Assembly: GCA_036172245.1 (NCBI GenBank)
Contig: JAYWIR010000004.1
Span: 248,001 to 312,000, forward strand
Source: Raillietiella orientalis
Lineage: Eukaryota
DNA length: 64,000 nucleotides
Direction of reading: 5' to 3'
The number at the start of each line of letters is the position of its first letter. The first letter of the stretch is position 1. Made by a program: the position numbers and the translations under genes. Below the pieces are notes generated by a model. That model made no database searches, was not told where the DNA came from, and saw only the letters and a list, made by a program, of their open reading frames with translations. Of this stretch, positions 12,980 through 24,250 are shown piece after piece.

Positions 12980-13460
12980 GTGGCTGGAAAAGGAACCGCA
13001 AACGCCGACCCACAGGTGGAGGAGAGGTGGAAGAAAAATTTCCTTCCTCCCCAGGCCGCCTCCAGCTCCGGCGCTGAACATCCCGAAAGGGGAACTTTCT
13101 GCAAGCCGTCGAGGAGGACAGGGCAGCCACCGCCAAAGCAAAGAACGCAGGCACTGCGGAGGCGCGTAGGAAGTCTGCTCCAGGAGATCTACTCGAGCCC
13201 AGAGAGGTCGGAGAGAGGCCACCTCATCCCATCGGTCTCCCGCATCCGTCTTTGGAGCCTCTAGGGATTTCTCCTTGCTCCTTTCACGAAGGAGCTTCTG
13301 TCTCTGTAGTGGGGTCTCCTTCTCTGCGATCCTAAAGGGCGAAGGGTTTTTTCTGGAGGGGGATCCGTCCCTCCAGGGTCGAGGATCAACACGTTACTTG
13401 AGGAGCTCAGGAATCACGTAGTAGCCGCTCCGAGAGCACCAGCAGAGCAAACCGAGCGGT
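12980..13460 (+). pseudogene. H2B: Histone H2B, frameshifted
   Basis: AEHPERG (13073, cf. QVHPDTG), GSLLQEIY (13169, cf. NSFVNDIF) and ELRNHVV..SEST (13403-13440, cf. ELAKHAVSEGT). It is divergent from H2A, the usual H2A/H2B arrangement. Confidence 0.45.
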
Positions 13461-14711
13461 ATCTGTAGGGCAGCCGCCCTATGACACCAGCAATTCCCGG
13501 GACGCTCCTCCTAAAGGTCAAAAGGGGAAAAACATAATAGAAATCAGAAACCGGAAAGCGAGTAATCAGGAAGAGGGGGGGGATGCCTGTGCATCGGCTG
13601 GCGTCCATCCGCGCAGGAGAGCTCGCGTAGGCATCTATGTCTTTAGGTGGTGGATCGATCTCTGGTAGAGCTCACGTGCCCGTGGCGTGGATGAAATCGT
13701 CTCCAGAAAAGAGAGATTGAATGAAATCGGCAGGGCTCTGCTTTTTCCCCGCTCCTTGCATAGGAGGAATTCTATCCGCTTGTTGACCTCTCGGGGGAGT
13801 GAGAGAAGGAAAGATGAATCCTTCTCCTGTCCAGCGAATGCTGACGGCAGGACGTCTTTTGCACGTACGCGGAAGAGGGAGCGGAACGCGAGGAAGATTT
13901 CCTTGTGCCTTCGGACAGATGTTCTCCCGGGAACACTACCGCATTTCCTCCAGTCGAGGAGGGTTTGGTCGGATCGAAGAGGGTACTGTGGATTCATAAT
14001 CCGGATGCTGGAGAAAACCTTTCATTCGCGAGGAGCACCACAGTACATCACAAGCCTGCCGTACACGCTTGCATGAACAATCGCGAGCACTGAGCGCGCA
14101 CCGGTCCGGGTGTGTCGCGACAAAGCGAATCCCGAAAGCGGTCAGCGTCCCACTGGTGCCTGGCGATCGAAGAGACTGCCGGGCGTCCGTGCTCAGATGC
14201 CTCTTTCCGCCTTGTTCCTTCCGATGAAGGAGCGAGGGAGCCTCACGCATGATGAATGACTGCGACTGGAGGAGAGTCTGATGCGAGGTCTCATATGGCA
14301 ATGAAAGGAACGGGCTTCTTCCTGACGGCGGTCGCGAAACCTGGCAATCCTGCGAAGCAGTTCGCGCTTCGGTTTCTGAGAGAAAGTGGTGCCAAAAGTT
14401 CATCGACGTTTCGCGAACACCCAGAGGAAGTGGAAGTCGAGGGGGGGGGGGGAGACGTAACGACATCGACCGCCGTCACCTTCCTCCTCAACTCTCAGCA
14501 GCGATTCCTTGCTCCTCTGCCTCCGCCTCAATTTACAGGAAGCTTCATCCCTTTCCTTTCTTCAGCTTTCCTAGCCAGCGACGCATTTCTACTGGACTGC
14601 GCACAGTTGCGCCCTTCCGCAACGCTTCCAATTCCACAATCCACGCCGTGCCACCTTCTCGGATTCTCGGGTAGATTTTCCTCTGAAAAAGGGTTCAACT
14701 TCTCAGCGTCA

Positions 14712-14814
14712 GTAACAATGCACGTGCACATGCGCCCGCCACAGGCAGTGTTGCGCCGCCGAGACGTGCATTGTCGCGCGCCACCATACGTGCATTGTTA
14801 CGCCATGCATTGTT
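14712..14814. repeat. Short inverted/direct repeat cluster of TGCATTGT
   Basis: gtaacaatgcacgt (14712-14725) is the exact reverse complement of acgtgcattgttac (14788-14801). Further copies are acgtgcattgt (14764-14774) and atgcattgtt (14805-14814). Confidence 0.85.
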
Positions 14815-15529
14815 GCGCGCATCCTGAATCGGCGCTGACGGCACCCTCGTGTGCGTGATCCCCACTTCAAGGGACGCGCTCGCGTGCAGGCAGAGGATGC
14901 AGCGCCAACAGCAACAAGAAGGTGCTGAAAGGCGGTTTTCCCCGGCGCCTGGAGGAGTACGGCAGCGCCGCCGCGTATCCAAAGCGGACGATCGAGAGGA
15001 TTCGATCTTCGAGAAGTTTGCCCTCGGTCCGAACGCAGCTTTGTCTGCCTCTCGCAAACGATTAGGATCAAATGAGCTCCCGTCCTGTTCCCGTTTCCAC
15101 TAACGAGCAACCTTCGGCGCGGTGCAGCAAGGACGCCCTGTATGGAGGTCCTTAGACAAACCTCCGTTGTCCGAAGGGGAGAAAACACGGGTTGGGATGG
15201 AAATGAGACTGGAGCAGGGGTTGCAGCTCATCCTGCGGAGGGGGAACGGCTGCAGAGTGCTTCTTCACGAGCCCTTCCAGGAAACACCGAGGAACCCTCT
15301 CCTTCTTCCGATGTACGTCATCTCGCGAGCAACCCCATTTTTTTTTTTTTCTTTCCTCCCTTCGTTTGCAATTAATAATTTTATGAGGGGGCTGAGTAAA
15401 AAGAAGAGGAAGAGAAAGGGACCCACCCTCAGCCTGTTCCGGAGACTGTGCGAATGAGATCGCACCGCTGTCGTGACACCGCTGGCCCCCCTTCCGGGAA
15501 TTGCGAGAACACGACCCGCTCGCGTTTCC

Positions 15530-15960
15530 CTTCCCGGATGCGTATTTTGGAAGCCTCCGACTGGAGAGTCTCCTGATGGCGATCAGAAGATCGCGCATCG
15601 GTCGCGTGTTTCTGGACGCAGCTAATCACAAAGATGATTTGCCAGAAAATGCAAATCTCAAGGCTGCTCTGGCCTGATCGTTCAAGATGGAATTTCTGAT
15701 AATTTCAGCCATGTATTTCTCTTCCAGTTTGACTCCGGCGAATGTGATCACAAGGATATCGCGAGATGTCGAAATCTTTCGTTGAGAAGGGTAAGTGAAC
15801 TCTGAATTAAAATAGAAAATGTAAAAGATTGAGGGATGATGCAATCTTTCAGGAATTCTGATACCTCGGGAAAAAAATAAAACTGCAAAGAAGTAGGAAT
15901 TTGTCTTGCCGGCACTCTGGAGGAATTCGAATGTTGATTAGAGAGATGGAAACTCTGCGT
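15530..15960 (-). mobile_element. Possible Crypton-type tyrosine recombinase C-terminal remnant
   Basis: RVP..SLQFYF, IFY, KYMAEIIRNS, GKSSL and DRHQ..SEAS..Y loosely follow CPV..Y..FY..NTLxxMMxxIS..TNHSLR..GHxSxxSLxxY. Weak match. Confidence 0.25.
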
Positions 15961-17249
15961 CACAGAGTAAAGGCGAAAGATGGCGCGGAAAGACCTCTCC
16001 AACTCCTTAAGAGCTCGTGCTCCTCCTTCGCGAACGTCCTCACCATATGGTCACCTTGGACGTGCTGCGCTCGCGCCGCGCCACTCGCAAGACCCCCTCA
16101 ACAATGGTTGCCTCGGGGTACTCTCCTCACCCCCTCCTCCTCCCCTTTCCCTCCGTTTTGCGACGCGGGCTGGAAATCCGACGTCTCCGGTCGCATTCGG
16201 AAGCGCACAGGCCGCTGCGGCTGCTTGCAAGCCCGGCCGGAGACCACAGAACCCCGAACAGAGGGAATCCATGCGCCGCAAGGAAACCCGGTAGTTGACC
16301 AGCTGCTAGGAACGCTGAGCTCCGAAAAAGCAAACTGAAACCGGCCAATTGCATGCCCACCACAGTTCGAAGTGTGTCAGCGAAGCCTGCAAGAGCCTCG
16401 AGAGACGCGGCCTGCCTCCTCACTTGGCGCGAGCGCCCCCGCTCCAGCGAGAGGCCGTGCAACGTTACCCGGCCACGTCGGCTCGTTTGCATCCAAGAAG
16501 CTGCCCCGCACGCGCTCACGCGATCCTTCCAGAGACCGCAAGCCGATGGGAGCTGCAGACCCAGGGCGGCCAGGAGGGGAAAAAAAAAAAAAAAAAAAAA
16601 AAAAAAAGAAGGCCGCCTTGCACTCCAGAAACTCTTAACCTCCTCGGGCGGAATCCGAGAAACCATCGACGCTTTACTTTCGCCCGCTGCTAAAATTAGT
16701 GCCAGGACGTATCTGTATCAGCGGGTTTTCGCAATTCGTCAACAGGAGAGCCATTGATACACGAATTCTTCGGAGCCAGAAGAGACTTTCTTGCAAGGCC
16801 TGCCGTCATTTTTCGGTTTGCAACATTGAGAGCTAACGAACTGGAGATCGTTGAACCAGCACCAATGAGTCATTATGGTTTCCAACAACCTCTTGTTTTA
16901 CGATTGGTCGCGGCCGATCGTAAAGACCGGATTTATTAAATTGGCAACGCGCTTCTGGGAGCCGAGGCTGTCAGGGGAATACAATTAATTAATAGCTGAA
17001 TAATAAAAGTCTTGCAGATTCTTAAGCTTATTCATTTGCTGCAGCAACAGCATTTCTCCCTCTCCCTTCTCTCTACACGCTATCTCTCTCGCTCTTTTCA
17101 TCCTCTCCTTTTTTTCGTCTGGTTTTTGCAAAACGAAGCCTTCGCATATTTCTGCCTCCCTCCTTCTTCACACACTCAGCGCGCCACCGACGTTCCCCTA
17201 CAAGAAAGCCGATGTCTGAAAGGGGGCCCTGGTCCTGCCGGGAAGAAGG

Positions 17250-19900
17250 AGGCGGCAATGGAGGCTGCTGAGAAATTCTCGGAAGTAGTTCGGCTCGTGT
17301 GACAGGTTAGCGGCGGATCAGAACGCCAACGGAAAAATGAGGAAGATTTTCTCACCAGCGCCGGCTGGGGTGTGCACGCCGCCGCCGTCCCGCTCGTTGG
17401 GGTGTTCGTTCGCCGGCGCGTGGGCGGGCTTGCACGGACCGAACGAACAGCAAACAGCTCGCACGCATGCACGAAACACTGCGCCCTCGTTCCGCGCAGG
17501 CGCACACGCCATGCGAAACGAAAACGGGAGCGTGGCGGTGGCGACACTTTCGTGGCGGTCCCAGCCAACGACCACCAAGTGCATCCGACAAGCAGAAATG
17601 GGTTGCCGGCAGCGGTGCTGCACCCGGTTACAGCGAGGGCGATCCTGAAGGAAAAGGAAGGAGGCAGGAACGCTCTCCTGACTGCTGCCGAAGAAATGCG
17701 CAGTCCTACGCATGCGCGCACGTGCTTTTGCGCACCACCGTGCCGCGCAAGGCCGTTCGAAGCTGCGAGGGGATGGTGCACCGGAAGTAATCGTGGGTGC
17801 AAGGAACCGCCTAGCAAGCGCACCGTCCGCTCGTCTCGTGCGCATTTTAAAGATCGACGATCGCCAACGTACCTCCGCAAATTCTTTGGCGTTCCATGCC
17901 CACTGCCAGCAAGAAGCGCCAACGGACTTTTCCTGGGAGCAAATGAAAAAGACGAGAAGAAAAGGGGCAAAGGCAGGGCAGAGCCTTTTGCACACGAACT
18001 GGCTATCCATCTGGTCTTGCGTTTCCAACAGCTCTTCCAGGAATTGCGCCACTCCTTCACCGGCAAAGAAGAACTTCCCATGACAACGCACACGATAGCT
18101 CTCGGCAGCTTTCAAGGGGCCAGCAATCGTTCATAGCCAAGCGTTCATCGGCTTTGACGATGTTCTTCGGTTCCTTCCCTTGAGAGAAGCTATACACCGG
18201 TGGTCAGAGGTCATTTTGCTTTACGATCTTAGGAAAAGCCGAAGACCCTGAAGGTTTTTACATTACTGGCATCCTGTAGCATCTTTCCGAGCTCTCACGA
18301 ACCCATTCACGTGATTCAGCTTCTTCCGCTTAATGGATCCATGGACTCTTTGACTGCTAGGCCGTGTCGTTGACACCAGAGTGGAAGGTTTCCGCGTGCC
18401 GCTGTTTCCCCCCACCTTCCATCTCCGGACCGCGATTACCATCCATAAAGAGTGATCCTCCCTCCCCACAAGTCTATCCATGGACCACTGTGGTTTTCGA
18501 TACCACTGGGAGCCTTCTCTTTAGCTCCGCATGGGCAAACCAGGTTTCGTGAGCTTTCCAGTTGGATATTAGGGAAAGGGGATCTCTCAAAGCAGTCTAC
18601 CTCTAAATCAGCTTCTTTGATCATAGCAACTATTGTTGGCTTCCTCTTCGTCGCAACTCAACTCCTCCTGCTCTGACTTTCCCACTGAAGACTCCGTCTT
18701 TGGTTCTCTGAAAGCTTCGTGGACTTTCCGTGGTAGCTGGTCTGATTTCCATTTTTTTTTTTTTTTCTGGCAATGTCTTCTACCGGCGAGTCTGCCGCAG
18801 TCCCCGCGCACGACCAGGACGGCGGTCCCGGGTAGGGGATAGACTCTGCTTCTGCTGCTTTCCGTTCCTCCTCCGGTCCAGGCAGGTCGGCTCTGCGTTG
18901 CCGCGGACTGAAAGCACTGCCCTCCCCTGTGACCAAGACTAGCGTGCATTGTATGGATCATGTCGCCTAGTCGGGAGCAGGAAGGAGACATGCCCGGATC
19001 AAAGAGGTGAGAGGGCGGATGCATCTCTTTATAGATCTGGACTCACCGACCCAAGGATGCTCGTCCCTGCTGAAGAAGTAAAAGTTTCGAGCTTGGATAT
19101 ATCGTAAGGATGGACCCCACTCTCCTCTTGAGTTTCTCGATCCTCCCTCCTTGAACAGATTCCTCTGCCCTACGGTCCTTGTTTTTTGCCCGCTCCCTCT
19201 TTCCTTGCCATCATTGGCAACCGGCTACTTCGGCAAGAGACTGTCTGCGAACTGCCTGCTGCCGCAGCAGCCGTAACAGCAGGAATTCTTCGCTCAGAGA
19301 AGGGTACCTCTGGCGCCAGTCCCACGGCGCCAGTCCTGACATCGTCTAGAGAGACCCTGCCAGGGCATCCTCCGCCCTTCGCTGTCTCCCAATTCCACCT
19401 GCGTTCCGGAGTGAGAGGCATCATCCAGAACGGGATCAACATCGCCGAGATCTGACGTCGGCTGCCTCAGGAACACCATCGTCGATGCAAGCGGCGCTTT
19501 CCAGGCAGTTGTGCAGACGTCTGCACGTGCCGTGGGTGGGGGAAGACCTCAGCTGCCGGTTGCCGAGGGTGACGAGCAACCATGAGCTGTCGCCGACCTG
19601 CGGTCAGCCTCGAGCACGGAGATCCGCCGGGCGGGCTTACTGGCCCGCGTTTCTCTGGGCAGGCGGGAGCGCTGGGCAACGGAGACGTCTGCCAATGCAA
19701 TGCTATCCCAACCACTCCGAGCCACCACGACCGCTTCCTCTTCCAGCCAAATGTTGAAGAGACGCGGATCCCGACTTGGCACCCGTGTGGCCACGGCTGC
19801 CGCGCGTGGTACCAAGCGTTGCGGGTTCGAATCCACCCGTGAAGGATCGACGCCGGGAATGAGGACGTCGCCTCTACCCTCCCCTCCCCCCCCCCCCAAA
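17250..19900 (-). mobile_element. DIRS-like retrotransposon remnant L3
   Basis: VDSNPQRLVPR (~19830, cf. FYSxLFLVPK), PLPSAP (~19675), GPWIDLW (~18475, cf. GxPxIDLFA), SYRV..GKF..VAQFLEEL (~18100-18030, recombinase N-terminus) and LRISSA (~17700). Confidence 0.4.
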
Positions 19901-20999
19901 TGATGCTGGTTGACCCATGAGCTCCGGGTGCTGCGCTGATGCAACGTGCGTTCACTTTGGAAACCGGCTGCCTCCGTTGAATGGCCGGGATTGACAGCGG
20001 GTCCTCCGGGTCCTTCCGGGAGTTCGGATTCCTTCGGGGATTCCCCCTCCAACTGCGCAATCGGAGCCGACCCCCGCCTCAGATGGACTCTGCACAGCGT
20101 TCATGGAGTTGGTCACCCCTCTTGGGTGTTCCTCTTCGGGGCGCTCTCTTCGGGACAGCCCTTCAGAGGAGTAATTAAGGGAGGGATCCTTTCCGGGTTC
20201 CCTTCGGAGCAGAATTGAAGAGTGGTCCTTTCGGAGGTTTCTTTGGAGACAAGCAAAGTGAGGGCATTCTCCTCTGAGTCAGAGAGGAACGTGCTGCATT
20301 CATCAGGGTGGTCCCGTCGAGGTTTGCTGGAGTTCTACGCTCGGAGTTTCGGATGGCTCTGATGGTCCTCTTACCTGATGGTGTCGTCGAGGGACGCTTC
20401 TAAGAGGCGGACGGTTCCTGAGAATCTTAGCGAATGGGGTCTTGGGAAACTACTCCCATTATCCTGGCTCTGTGTCTCCCCTTATTGACTGCCTCTCTCC
20501 CGGTGCGCAAAGCCATCTCCTACGACTGAGATCAACTCGGCTCAGCTTCCTCTTAAGGACGAATGCTGGTAGAGTGAGGCAACAGGAGAAAAAAAAATCT
20601 ATGGACGGAGCTCTTTGGGGAGTGAGGCAGTAGCAGCAGCAGCACATCCGGTCTTTCTGCTCGTTTCCGGAGAGGATGCGGAGGAAGGTAGGCGGAGAGG
20701 GCGTCTCGGCGAGGAAGGCTCCTGCTGCTGCTGCAGATGCGCGTGCCTTTTAGCTCGTTCCGTTTGGGAGAGGACGGGGGAGGGACGGCAGCCCAATCCT
20801 CCCTTTGATCCCGCGCTCGTCCTTGCAATAGGATCCAGGAGGTCCCTGGAGGCGATGGCGCATCCTCCGCTAGGAGTACGGGCTCCTTCCCATCTGCAGT
20901 CTAGAAGAAAGACGGTGGGGAAGAAGCCCTCAAGAAGTCAATAGGGGAGGCCCTTCTGCGTCCGCCGGCGGTTCTCTCGAAAGGACTACCATTCGGATG

Positions 21000-23900
21000 T
21001 ACCGACTGCGTGAGAAGGAAGCGCCCACCTCCTCCACCTCCGCGCGTCCGTCACTCCGAGGGCGAAGGGAACTCCCGTTTCACGCCCCACCCGATTCTTC
21101 CTGCCTCGTTCGGCCGTTTGAATAGCAGAGTGGAGGCATGAGCTGTGTTGTGGGTCACTGCCGTGCTGGGGCTGGAGTGGAGGTTCGGAGCTCGATGGCA
21201 GGTCAGGACGCTCCCTAGCTCTTGCTCCCTTTCCCAGCTGCCGGAACACTCCCTTCTTCAATGTCGGACTCCCTCCCTCTTCCTCCGGACCCCTCTGTCT
21301 GGCTGCGCGGGTGTTTCCGATGGCTCCTGACCACCTTAGAGCCAACCTGATCCCGATGAAACTCATCGGCACTGAGCAATGCTGGAAGCGCACCAGCATC
21401 TCTCCGGAATCTACTTTCCTTTGTGCCCTCGAAGGTCCATCATCCGCAGTGAATCACCGGGTCCGCTCCGCGGAGCGCGTGCGCGCCTCGCTTCATCGCG
21501 CGCGAACGGGATGCAATCTGAAGCAATCTGAGGTATAAAAATTCGGATGATTCGATCTGAAACAGATATTCGAGAGAAACTGGTCTTTTATACTTCCGTA
21601 ACCTTGAAATGTTCGGACGAGTGGACCAGGCCGCGGTGGAAAGAATTTCCTCCTGCAGATCTCGCAGGCGATAAAAGACCAAAAGTTTTTAATGATTCAT
21701 GATGAAGGCGAATGTCATCACTAGAAGGTAGAAAAGACAAAAAAGAAATGCGCACGCGCGATGCAAGATGCAAAAGCAATGTCGGATGTGGATGCTGGAG
21801 TGCGGATTAGTTTCCGCGAAGCAGATTCTGGATGCCGCTCCGCGCTGGCGCGCCAACCCTGCATCAGACATCTCGAGAAGATGACGCCGTCGCTTCCCTG
21901 CACACCTCAAGCAGAAAGCAGCCGCCGTCTCCGAGTGGACATCACCGGTGGACTGCCACCATTTCTTGAACCACGGCCGCCGCTGGAAATCGTTTGTTCT
22001 GCTCTTTGGAGATGACTTCCGCAAGGCTGGGCTGTGGAAGGAAGATGCTTCTAACGAGTAATGCGCAGGTGAGCCTCCAAATGTTCCTGAGGAGAGACCA
22101 CTAACGAGCTCCAATCAGGAAACTTCGAAGGAGTGATGGGTGTCGTCGGACCAAAGGGGATCTGTAGGGTTTCGGCCAAGCGACAGAAACACAAGATGCC
22201 TGGATGGCAACCTCTTCTAAAAATCCCAGAGGCGGAAGAAGCAAGCGTTCAGACGCCTTCGAGGCTAAGCAGCCCGTCGGCGAAAACACGACCTCGTTAG
22301 CGCAATCCAGTCTTCTCGTTTCTCGGGGCAAGCAAGCATCCAATCTGGACGCAGAATCACTACATTGGAGGGACCAGTGCTCCTCCGTCGAGCCCTGGTT
22401 CCTTGATTTGAACCTTCCTCCTCGATCCTTCGCCCTCTAAGAAAGCACGCTGATTGGTGAGCAGCAGAGAACCTTCACTGTTGAAGGCTGTCCTTCAAGT
22501 CCTGCTGATCGTCTTTGTTCGACTCAACATCTGCATCCCACTTTCAGCAGGATCCAACAAGAATCACGTGGCTGATGACTCCTCATAGGGAAGTCTGTTT
22601 CATTCCCTCCGATGGCTCAGAATTCAGCATATCGCTGGGAGATTCCATGGGATCTCTGAGGCAAACTACGCCCCGCGTGCTGAGATGCAGGTGCTTAGGC
22701 CTTGACGATCCTGTTGGTTTATCTGAAGGCCCACCCAAACTTTCGTGAGTCCTGGTATCCATTTCTTGCTTCCTGAGGAGTAGTTTTGCAAGTAACCTCA
22801 CTCAATGTACATCTCTGTAGAAAAGGGGAGGCGCAGCAACAAACAGTGGAAGGTTGTTAGCATGCTGGGGGACCAGGAAGCACCAAAAACGGGCACGGCG
22901 CAAGAGCATCTTCAACCAAGCTGTCTGGAGTCATTGCGAGTGTCTGCAAATCTCGAGAGAGATCTTCACTATCGATCCGCCTTTCCCCTCAGCCACAGGG
23001 GCTGGCTTGAGGAACTCCTTATTAGCGAAAAAGTATTATCAGGAAGAAGAAACGAAGAAAACGCTGCTTGTGGCGAGCAAACCCTAGGAGATTCTCCCAG
23101 CGGAGCAGCAGAAGACCAAAATCTGGGAAGGAAGAAGATGGTACTGCAAGCATCGTTAGAGCCACATCGAGCTGATAAAACGCCGACTCTCCCTCCCCCT
23201 CATCTTCGGTGCCTATCGAAGAGCTTTAGAGACAGATGATTTTTCAGAGTCGAGGAATGTCCCCCTACTTCCTTTTTGTTTCATTGAGAATAGAGGACCT
23301 GTGGAACTTCCAACGGCTTCTATCAGGGGCTGCAACTCGCTCTGTACCAGTGTGGACTTTTGAACTTAGGAGGACTCTTGAAGATTGTCGGCTGTGGTGA
23401 AAGCGTCTGTCCCACAGCCAGGGATATCAGAGACTCTGGGAGTGGCAATAGCCAATTTGCAGTGCAAACCTTCCATAGACGACGTTCCACCTCCCTCATA
23501 GAAGTGACTGCTGAAGGCGACCCTCGCTCGCGTTCAGCGTGGGGCAACTTCCCAAAACATGAATAATACCCCGGACTATTCGTGAGTTCAGTCAGGCTGG
23601 AGATCCACGAAAGATTCCATGCCCAAGAGAGACCGACTGTTCTTGCGGAAGGAAAGAGGGTCTTCCCTGAAGGGGTTTGCATCTCAGAGTGATAATAAAC
23701 AGGACTCTCGATGACAGGGAACGCGACGTAAAACAGGAGGCACCAGAGGACGCGATCCTCCGGCACCTCTGCCTGGTCCTCCAAGAAAGATTTAAAGAAG
23801 CGAGGACTCAAAGACTTCATTGGTTATCTCCCATGGCAGAGACGCGAGGCTGTTGGATCTAGGAAAATGATCATTCGAATCTCAGGAGGCTCTCTCTCTC

Positions 23901-24250
23901 TTCTAAGGTCTTCCGGGTGCCCCTCAGGCAGTTTGATGTGGACCGCATGCGGCTGCAGAAGTACACGAAGTTCCACATTGGTAAAAGAAACGAGTTGAGA
24001 GGCTTTCCCAAGGGCCACGTATGAATTTGTTTGCCGCTGCTGGGACCCACTACCACAGGATCTTCCTTGATACGAAGGATTGAGGTGTTGCGAGTAAGCG
24101 GTCATTCTTTATGAATCGCGACAAGCAAGAATGGCGTCGGAGGCGGAACACACTCGCAGATTAGGGTTGGAGAGACCTTGGTCAGTGATGGAGCATCCAA
24201 ATTTTCGAGAGTTCTCAGGTTCAAGAAGCAAACCGAGCAAACCGAGCTGC
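21000..24250 (-). mobile_element. DIRS-like retrotransposon remnant L4 (best preserved: RT, RNase H, MT-like, YR)
   Basis: VELRVLLQPHAV (~23960), RMIIFLD (~23870), GKTLF..GLSWA (23670-23615, cf. GKxYQFxALPFGLSTAP), DSASRLDACLP (22357-22325, cf. DLFASRLNxxLP), LLPP..VAWP (22245-22170, cf. YAFPP..APxWP), IAS..KRGAHAL (21520-21472, cf. LASAKRVSELHAL) and RLALRW (~21340, cf. VRALRxY). Confidence 0.65.

Noticed and set aside
13466..13481. Hairpin tagggc-agcc-gcccta as the histone 3' stem-loop of H2B
   Set aside because: The position and 6-4-6 geometry fit, but the sequence does not match the GGYYYT-TTYH-ARRRCC consensus.
19824..19834. GGTTCGAATCC B-box suggesting a tRNA or tRNA-derived SINE (similar partial matches near 50003 and 57840)
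   Set aside because: No cloverleaf, intact T-stem or correctly spaced A-box is present. The site reads as a DIRS RT motif on the minus strand and is not preserved at the mirror position (~48490).
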